A DNA stretch of 64,000 nt, taken from NCBI GenBank assembly GCA_013265495.1, contig MU058065.1, positions 1,586,364 through 1,650,363 of the forward strand. The letters run 5' to 3'. Shown piece after piece: positions 1 to 8,963 of the stretch. The notes under the pieces are model-generated. The model was not told the DNA's origin. It worked only from the letters and a program-made list of their open reading frames with translations, and did no database searches. Made by a program: the position numbers and the translations under genes. Origin of the DNA: Vicugna vicugna. Lineage: Eukaryota. The stretch's first letter is position 1. Every line of letters begins with the position of its first letter.

Positions 1-634
1 GACATGTGCGAAATAGCCTTGTTATTTTCCCTTCTCAAAGCTCAAAACTTCTAGAATACTGAGGACCTTTTGCACGGAAATTGCTCTCCTGGTTAAGTTT
101 CTTGTTCGCGTCTACATCGCACATCATACTGTTCTCTGCACAGAGGTGGCCCCGACAAGTGGAGCTGTGGAACTGACTCCCTGACGTAAGAGCAGGTGGT
201 TCGCATCCTCCTCAGGACTCGCCTGCAAGGAGAGTTGGTAGGACCTGCTGTCTCGGTGGTCATGGAGATCAGTCCTCAATGGAAGGATTCCTTTAACCTT
301 CTTGTTAACTGGCACGGTGCTTCCTTTAGCACCTACATCAGACTGATGGGTACCCCACTGAGTAGGTCCATCCTGCAGGTGAAGAAACAAACTCTTAAGG
401 AGACTGAATGACTGTCTCACACAACAGTCATTTTTAGAACCAATCTTCCCAACGTTTAATCTAATCAGTCATTTCTGTGGCCTCCAAATATTTCTGTCGC
501 ATTAGCCTAGTAGGAAAAAATTGACCTGTCTCGTATTCTACGTTTATTTATAAATTCTTACCAATAGCTAATATTTCAGAGCACAATATTCATATGAGAC
601 AGGGTTGATTGTTAAGCACAATAAATGTAAGCCC

Positions 635-900
635 CTCATTTATTCTTCTATTAAACCATTATATATTAGAATCTTCTGGAAGCCAGGCATGATTCTGATC
701 ACTGAAGGCACAGTGAATGAAGCAAAGAAAATCCCCCACTCCTGTGGCATAGATTCCAGTGGAGGAAGACAGATCATAAATAAGATAAATAAGTAAAACT
801 CATAGCAGTGTCACATAAATGCCATGGGAAAGGTAAAACAGGAAGAAGCGTCAGGGTGGATTTGAGGGGAGCAGTGCACTTTGAAATAGCCCCATAGAAG
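635..900 (-). mobile_element. L2 LINE 3' fragment
   Basis: tcatttattc..aagccaggcatgattctgatcactgaaggcacagtgaatgaagcaaag pattern typical of the reverse-complemented L2 3' end; boundaries approximate. Confidence 0.6.
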
Positions 901-1279
901 GGGAGTACTGATGTACAGCTTAGGGAATTAACTATTTGACCATTTGTAGCTATTTGACATAGAGAAGGAAGGTGTCCATGTCAATGTGTTCTACTCAATC
1001 TTAGTAAAACACCGTCTCTTTATTTAGGTAACTAATGTAGATAGAATTCTAACACATTCCCCTTGTGCCCAAGTGATCTTCTTGTGATTACAGTTCACCT
1101 TTGGGATCTAGCCCCAGTGATCAAGGTCAGACGGCTGTTGCAGTGACAGGCATGGCAGCCTACAGCAAATTAGCTCTTTGACTCAGTCTCGAATTGATTC
1201 CATGGGTGAGTTTACACCCTACGGTTTATTTAGCTGGGAGCAATTCTCTTAAACATCCAAAGTCATTTTGTGTTTTTGT

Positions 1280-1532
1280 CTGGCTTTCAGGCAGGTGATT
1301 AGGGAGAATACGTGCACAACAGCGTATCTAAACAGCTGCTGGTTACTCACTCACAGGAAGCGGTAACTTGTCGGTTTTCTTTTCCTTTCTGTTGAGTTAT
1401 GTGAATACAGCATGAGCATTTCCCTTTTCACCAGAGAAGAAAAATTTGCCCGGCCTGGTGAAGCTTCAGAAGGAAGAGGCTTCACGAAATTGATATTTTT
1501 AAATATTTTGCCTCTCAAATAAGAGCGACACA
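1280..1532 (+). promoter_or_regulatory. DOCK10: Putative internal promoter / 5' UTR of the alternative first exon
   Basis: Lies immediately upstream of the ATG. E-boxes CAGGTG (1292) and CAGCTG (1333), ETS core ACAGGAAGCG (1353-1362). No CpG island. The TSS cannot be determined from sequence. Confidence 0.5.
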
Positions 1533-1637
1533 ATGAGCTTCCGAGGAAAGGTTTTTAAACGGGATCCCAGTGAATTTTGGAAGAAGAGACGAACAATGAG
1601 GAGAAAAAATCAAGAAGAAATCCACAGATTTAGCTCT
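1533..1637 (+). CDS. DOCK10: DOCK10 alternative first coding exon (DOCK10.2-type N-terminus), 35 aa: MSFRGKVFKRDPSEFWKKRRTMRRKNQEEIHRFSS
   Basis: ATG at 1533 (acacaATGa, A at -3), 105 nt open frame, donor TCT|GTAGGT at 1638, phase 0, in frame with exon 2. Peptide matches my recollection of the DOCK10.2 N-terminus (MSFRGKVFKR..SEFWKKRR). Too short for the ORF track. Confidence 0.9.
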
Positions 1638-1804
1638 GTAGGTATCTGAACATTGATGCATGCTTTCCCTCTTTTCTTCAATACTTAGAAAAAAAAAAGA
1701 GTAGCTCTGGAGTGATATTCTAACATGGGCTAAGGGCAAAGTCTTAGAACAGAATATTCAATTTGGCTCATAAATATCCTCTTTTACTTACATTGTTATT
1801 GTGT

Positions 1805-1964
1805 AATTACTTCTGTCATTATTTTAAAACATTGGAAGAGATTCTAAGCAGCTAAAACATTACTAAGCTATTTGGAATACTGGAATTACTTCCATCATTA
1901 TTTTAAGACATGTTGATAGAAGATTTAACTAGTCAAAATATTACTAGACTGTTACTAGAATATT
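1805..1964. repeat. Degenerate ~80 bp tandem duplication (2 copies)
   Basis: aattacttctgtcattattttaaaacat..aaaacattactaagct (1805) versus aattacttccatcattattttaagacat..aaaatattactagact (1884). Confidence 0.75.
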
Positions 1965-2482
1965 CTTTTTTTAAAAGAAAAACCTACAGTCACCTCAATT
2001 AAGACCCCGATTGATGACTTGTATAGAGTTGTGTTTTTTTAAAAAAATATTACTGCTCTATTTTTATCATGTACCACTCATGATTTGTTATAAAATTCTT
2101 AGAAAGAGCAACCCCAGATAGGAAAGGAAATGTAGATAAGTATTTAAGTAACTGAACCAAAGAAGAGAGTAAAAACTTGCCAGTTTTGAAGGTTAAAAAG
2201 ATTTGATTTTGTTTGCTGTAAAAATGTTTCACCTTATTTTTATTTGCACACAAAAGGAGAGCTCTGGGAACGTGTGCTTATTACAGAATTCTAGATTGCG
2301 ATCTATAAGAGCTACCAACAGCTGAGTGTCAGTGTGGATGGCTAGCGTGCGTCAGCGATCCACGTGCAATGTGGAAGGACCACTTCAGCTGATAAGTGGC
2401 TAGAGCAATAGGATTGGGAGCTCTTTTCACAGGAGTGTTCATTTTACTGGCTGGTTCAAGTTTTGCTTGCTTTTCTTCAAGG

Positions 2483-2701
2483 CAGGGGTTCTTAAGCTCA
2501 GCACTGCTGTCATCCTGGGCTGGAGACTTCTTTGTTATATGGAACTGTCCTATGCCTTGCACCGTGCTTAATGACATCCCAGGCCTTTACCCAGTAGGTG
2601 CTTGTGACAAACTCTCCCCACTGTGACAAGCAAAGATGTCTCCAAACATTGCCAGTGTCCCCATGGGCAGGGAGAGTGACCTCCCAGGTTGAGAACCACT
2701 G
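2483..2701 (+). mobile_element. MER20-like hAT-Charlie non-autonomous DNA transposon, full length
   Basis: Termini CAGGGGTTCTTAAG / GTTGAGAACCACTG, ~219 bp, internal gatgtctccaaacattgccagtgtcccc, degenerate 8-bp flanks cttcaagg / ctctaggg. Confidence 0.85.
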
Positions 2702-2763
2702 CTCTAGGGGTAAATAATCTTTTTGTTCATATATCTAATCTAGAAACAGGGCAGCTTAAAAAT

Positions 2764-2814
2764 TATATATATATATATATGCATATATATATATACACAC
2801 ACACAAATATATAT
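2764..2814. repeat. (TA)n/(CA)n microsatellite
   Basis: Read directly. Confidence 0.95.
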
Positions 2815-3894
2815 AATAATGTAATGATTTTTAATGAATAGTCACTGAATGACTATGAATTATTAAATTCATGAATACTCACTCAGCCCTAGATAGGCCA
2901 AAATCAGGTATGAGAATACTCCATCTCAAGAAATAGTGGTTCTCTTTGTACTTTATATATATATATATACTTTATATTTCTGAATGGTGGTCATGTAAAG
3001 GGAGTAGAATTTACCGGCAGTCTGGCTCATAGGATTGGTACTGTGTTGTTGTGTGTTCAGTTTCTACCTCAGTATCTCAGTGATGCTTGTCTCCCACTGG
3101 GAGATACGAGTAAATGAGCCCCTTGACCTCATCTCCAGGGATGGGCCCAGGCCCAGCGTTGCATATCAGGAATGTGCAGAGCTCTGAACCTAACTTCTCC
3201 GTCCCCACTGGCCCAAATGGATGCTCAGCTCTGTCTTCTCTACTGGCCCCGTCAAAGTCTCATCTGTTGTTTACCATCAGCTTGTTAAAGAGGATAAGCG
3301 TTTGAAAAACTTGTTTGGTTTGAGATTTTGTTCACCTTCAGACCTGTCCAAGAAACGTAATTTCCCTGCTGCCTTTCAGTGGAATTTAGAAGTTCTGAGG
3401 GTATGTCGCCGTTAAGAGTTGCTTCCTGAGTCCACACACACAAGGAGAAGAATGCGTGTATCTTGCAGAGACCACACACATGGTTTGGCAAGAGGACAGT
3501 CCCTGGTGTTTCCCCATATAACGAAGCTAATCACTCTAGGAATTATCTTAATTGAATTTGAAGGTATTGCTACTGAGAACTATAGGAAAAGCAGCCAGTA
3601 AGGATGGGGTGTTTTCCCACCACATTCAGTGGCTGTGTGTTCACATTTAATTAAGATCATTCATACAGTGATTAGCTTTCTTCTGTGGCGGGCACTGGGG
3701 ACTCCCTGTCTCTGTTGCCTGCTTTCGGTCTTCCTAAGATAGGCCTATCTTCTTTCACAGGTTGTCTCGTCTGTTGAGTAGGGGATTGCTCAATCCATCC
3801 TCCAGTAGTGTCCTGAGATATGGCTTTCATTTCGGAAAAAAAAAAAAAAAGACTCCCAAGAAAGTGAAGCATGTAATTAGAGTGCTAAGGGGTC

Positions 3895-4010
3895 ACATGT
3901 GACCCTGGGCAGGTTCCTTAATTCACTCTGAACCCCAGCTTCCCCTCCCTAAAATGTTTCTGACAATACCTGCCCTTAAGATTGTTTATTGGAACTCATT
4001 TTGATCACGT
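3895..4010 (+). mobile_element. MIR SINE core fragment
   Basis: tgtgaccctgggcaggttccttaa..ctctgaaccccagcttcccc..taaaatg. Confidence 0.7.
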
Positions 4011-6249
4011 GCATTCTGAACATGATTTGGACACAAAAAAGTTATGTTGCAAGTGTTATGTAGTATTAATACAACCAAGTAAAAATATCTCCATTTCCAA
4101 GGGCAAGGGAAGGAGGTGTAAGTGTAGAGTGAAGTTGTCTTTTCAGTGACTGCATCAAGGAAGCCACTGGTCTACAGGTGACACCTTCCTCCAGGGAGCC
4201 TTTTACAGGGATAGAGCCCTCCATAGACAAAATTATAAGTCGCATCAAGCTGAGTGCTTGGGGGTCCCAGGTCGCTCTCTGTGTCGATGGAGTTTGCCTT
4301 GGAAACGCCATTTCCCACCCCACCCCCCACCGAAGCCCAGCTTCGCTGAGGCCCAGATCGGACTTTCCTCAGCACACTCATCTCAGCTTTTTAAAAACTA
4401 AACCAACATCTCTAGACTGGCTTCTGAGATGACTTGCTAGGTGACAAAGAAGAAGCAATTCAAGTGACAAAATGCCCCAACAAATGAAGACAAAGCCTGA
4501 AGTTAGGTCAGAGAATAAAACAATGATTTCTCCCGAATTTTTGGATATACACGTATATTATTGTGAAAGAGGAAATAATGAACATAGATGATGTTTTTAA
4601 AATGAGCATGTGGATTTTGAATTCAACAAACCATTTCTTGCTCTTAGACAAATTTAGAAATGGTTCAATTTCCTAGCACCTAGAATACCCAACCAGAAGT
4701 CCCTGATTTCCTGAATGGTACGCCACCCAAACTTTATACTCTCACGACCCAGACTGACAATTCTGTTGTTTCTGTTTTCTTCAAGTGCTGTTTGAAGCTG
4801 TGTATTTAACTTGGTTGGAATTTTTAACTGTTTTGGAAGTTTCCCTTATGAATTCGATTTTCAATCGTATTAGCTAAGAAATCCCTTTCCGTATTTTAGT
4901 ACTTATCACAGATGGCATACAATGTGAGCAACTGCATTATAAGAAAAGTTGAAGGAAAATGAAACTTGTTAGATCATCAAGTGGAATTACTTCCCTTAAT
5001 TTCTGAAGAGTGTGTGGTGTTCTGTAGTTGAAGGTTTTCTTTTTTAACTGTCTTTCTGTTTTTCTTTTTCTTTTTTTATCCAAATCATTCAGTATGATCT
5101 CTGGTGCAGAGGAAGGAAGTTAATAAAAAGATAATTTCCTTCCTAGGTCGTATGTCCTAATTTGGAAAGATTAAACACACTGTTAAGTCGAATTATGATA
5201 TCAGTCATCTGTACAGTCAGAAAAAAAGTGACATTTGTTTAAGTAAATGTGAGTTGCTGTTTTTAAGCTGTTACTGGCTTGTGGATAATTAAGCCACAGG
5301 ATTTCAAAGTGTTCGGAAAACTTTGGATACAAATGAAATTTCTCCTTTTCTTTAGTAATAGCCTATTAGCACTTGAATAGAAAATGGAAAATTATAGTTT
5401 TCTACAATTTTCTATAGACAGAGGATGTCATCTGAACAACTTTCACGTATCTCCTACACACATTTTGTAAAATGGTTTGTGCTATTGTCTTTCAAGTCCC
5501 TTTTTTATCTTTACTCTTCCACGTCAGTATGAACAGCCTCTCTCCCTGGTCATCTGTGCTTCCTTGCTCACTGTTACTCTGTTTCATACAAACATTCATA
5601 ATTACCTATTCTGGCTGTTTTATAATGAACCATTAGCCAAAAGGAAGCACAGGGTGGGGTCCCCGGACCCAGGATGATGGTTCCAGGAAATGGCGAAATG
5701 ACATTGAATCAGGGTTAACGTACAATGTAAAGCAAAGAAACGGGAGTAAACAGGGAGGGAGCTGGAGATCTGAATTCAATCCAGACCACAGAAATGGAGA
5801 AGCGTAAATTGAAACTGGATCTGAGGACTTTGCATGTGGCTGTAGCAGTAGGGAGCGGCTAACTCGGGTGTCACGTAGCTGCAGAGAAGATGCTGTCAAG
5901 ATGGACTTGGTACCTGCACTTTAACCAAGAATAACCTTACTTTCCTTGGGGCTGAGTGCTGCGAGAGGGAGAAGCAGTAAGCCTGGAGAAAGGCCAGATG
6001 GAGGAGAACTGCCAAACCGGGCAGACCTCGCAAACTCCATGACGATGCTCTTGATAACTGTCTGGGTGGAGGTGGACCATTCGTCAGAGAGGGGGAGTGG
6101 CAGGGTGGACAGGAAGTAACACCATGATCCCCAAAACTCTTTTTATTTCCCGGATGGTCACAGTGGTACAAAACTTTGTTCACTTGGAGATTCCCTCAAT
6201 TAGTGGCAATTTCCACTGTGGTTTTTGACTCACACATTACCTAGCATTC

Positions 6250-7199
6250 TCAGCTGGAAAAACTCAGTCTTCCACCTGTCTTTCTGTTTCTTGTGTGTCT
6301 CCTTTACACTTCTTACAAAACACTTCATTTCTGACACTTCTGGTCACCAAAGGTGTGGAGGTTTTTCCCTACATCAAGAAATTCTTTGTGACACCAGCGA
6401 GGTGTCCTAAATTTTAACTCAGTTCTAACACTGTCTACCTGGAGATCACATCAGATATCACAGTTTTAAGGACTCAGTCCTGCAGGGCTGCCTCCGCCCC
6501 AACTTCAGAAGTCAGTCTCAAGTCCAGGTAATCACTTGTGCTTCTGATTAATCGGCTATAGATTGAAGGTTCCAACAACCCCCTCCTTGGGCTTCATACA
6601 CCAGTTGCACATCAGATAATTATCTGTACTTTTGATACACTAGCTGTAAATCACAGGTTCCCATGCCCTCCTTCTTGGCTTTGACTAATTGGCTAGAGCA
6701 GCTCACAAAACTCAGAAGTATTTTACTTACTACATCACTGGTCTATTACAAAAGGCTAATAATAACTCAGGAGCAGCCAAATGGAAGAGAGGCACATGGC
6801 AAAGTATGGAGAAGGGGCAGCAGTCTCCCTCAGATCTCCATGTGTTCACCGACCCAGGAGCTCTCCAAACCCCATCCTTTTGGGTTTTAACAAAGGCTTC
6901 TTTACACAAGTATAATTGATTAAATCACTGGCCATTAGAGGCAGATTTAACTTCAAATCCCTTTTCATCTCCCTAGAGGACAGGGAGGTGGGGTGGAAAG
7001 ATCCAAACCTCTAGTCACATGGTTGGTTCTGGAAACCAGCCCCCATCCTTTGGTGCCATCCAAAAATCATCTCATTAACTTTACAAAAGACACCTTCATC
7101 CCTCCCTTCACTTAGGAAATTTACGTTTTTAGGAGCTCTGTGCCAAAAACGGGGATGAAGACCAAGTTTGTCTTTCATATTATAAATTACAATATCACA
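6250..7199 (-). mobile_element. MER21-like solo LTR
   Basis: Minus strand begins TGTGATATTGTAATTTATAATATG..TTGGTCTTCATCCCCG..GGCACAGAGCTCCTAAAA, the recalled MER21 5' end. The other end has ctgacacttctggtcacc..tgtctacctggagat..tcagat. Left boundary approximate. Confidence 0.8.
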
Positions 7200-8928
7200 C
7201 ATTCATTATATGGTTCCTCAGTATACTTTCATTTCCTTTTCTTCATCCTCCTTACCGTCTTATAAATTTTTTTTTGTCCTCTGTCCCTACCACTTCCTTC
7301 CTTGACGTGCTCAGTGACCTCACGCCACTCCTAGCAATCTAACGCCCTTCATTGCGGAAACTCACAAAGCTCACAGGACCCAAACTACAGCTCTGTTTTA
7401 GAATCTTCCTATGAGCGGGGAGGCTTTTCTGTTTTTTATCGCTGCAAAGCTAAGACTTTTGCTGGTAAACTAGAATGGAGTGGACCAAAGGCATCACGCC
7501 GAGCTGGGTTGAAACACCTGTTTTTCCATCAATTTGCAGAGCACGTCCTCAGAATCCAAGTTTCAGCATTTGTGAAATAAAACAGTGATGATCTCTTCTA
7601 GTCTTGGTATGAATATTCAGTGAAGGAAGGTGTTCAATACTTATTACAGTCCTTACCATTTGATCATGGTAATGGTAGTAGGAAAAATAAAACTGTCATT
7701 AGCATATATGGGTCAATGATAAAAAATGGTTGTGTCTATAGTTACTATTAGTATTAAATTGCTTGGTGTGACTGCTATTCCTACAAGTAAAAAAATATAT
7801 GAATTGGTTTTACTATAACAAAAATAGCAAATGTTTTCTCTTAAGATGGAAATAAGAGTGAAGGAAGGTGATAAGGGGCTAACAATTGTTTAGAGACACC
7901 TGATCGTCTCTAATACAACTTCCAGTGCAACCTAGCACCTCTCACAGAGAGAAAGTCATAGTTTGTGATGTCAGCACTGAGAGAAAATGTGGGCATAAAC
8001 TTATTTTTTGGCCTCCGTTGCTCTGGTGATGTAAGCGAGGGATGATTTGAAGGGATTATGCTTAGTGGAAAATTAGAGATGAAAGCTGCACTGAGCTTAT
8101 CACCTTGGACAGCCAAGAAGGTACTGGTCCCCTCTTCTCAGGGTGCATGATGTCTGATGTGTTTTTAATAGAGTAAGATGACATTAGTATCTTAGTATTC
8201 ATTAGTATCATATATTCATGAGTAATAACATGAACTTACAAAACCTACATTCTGCACTTGAAGGCATCCTTGGCTCCATGCTAAGTGCTCCTTTAAGGTG
8301 ATTCAAATCCAAAAAAAGATAAGTTGAGGGACTAATCATCCATTATTATAGGTGCTTCTCCTTGTATTACATTAGATTTTTTTACTTGCCAGTGGAGGAA
8401 ACCTACTCTGGTAAGCAAGCATAGTCCAGAGAAGAGCAGAAAGAAGAATGGAGAGACAGGCTAGAAAAAACAGGAGTGGACTCAGCACAGCCTGGGGCCG
8501 TGGGAAACAGGCGTGGTCTTGACGTTTGGAGCTAATGGACTGTCGTGTGGGAGTTTGGCATCTCTCTTTCAAGAGTCAGGGTTCTGGGGAGAAGTGTTGA
8601 ATGGACTGGGGCCACGTGCCCATGACCACAGAAAAACAGGACCCTTTTCATTATCAGACCCACCAAGACTGCTCTTGATGAGGAAAGAGAGAGAAGTCCT
8701 CAGAAGGAAATTCAAATGCTAGTACTAAAGGAAAGTAGGATGGATGTTGCTTAGGCCAAAAAAACAACAAATGTCTACGATGCATATTCAATTTCAAATG
8801 GCCAGAGGTTAAGAAAGGAAATAAAAGAATGAGCTGACTATCATTAGGGGAAGATTTATTGAAAATATGTAATTCATGTTGTTGACAGAACTATTTACCT
8901 TCATGTATATGTGATATGTTTGTGTTTG

Positions 8929-8963
8929 TACACACACACACACACACACACCCACCCACCCAC
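8929..8963. repeat. (CA)n / (CCCA)n microsatellite
   Basis: Read directly. Confidence 0.95.
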
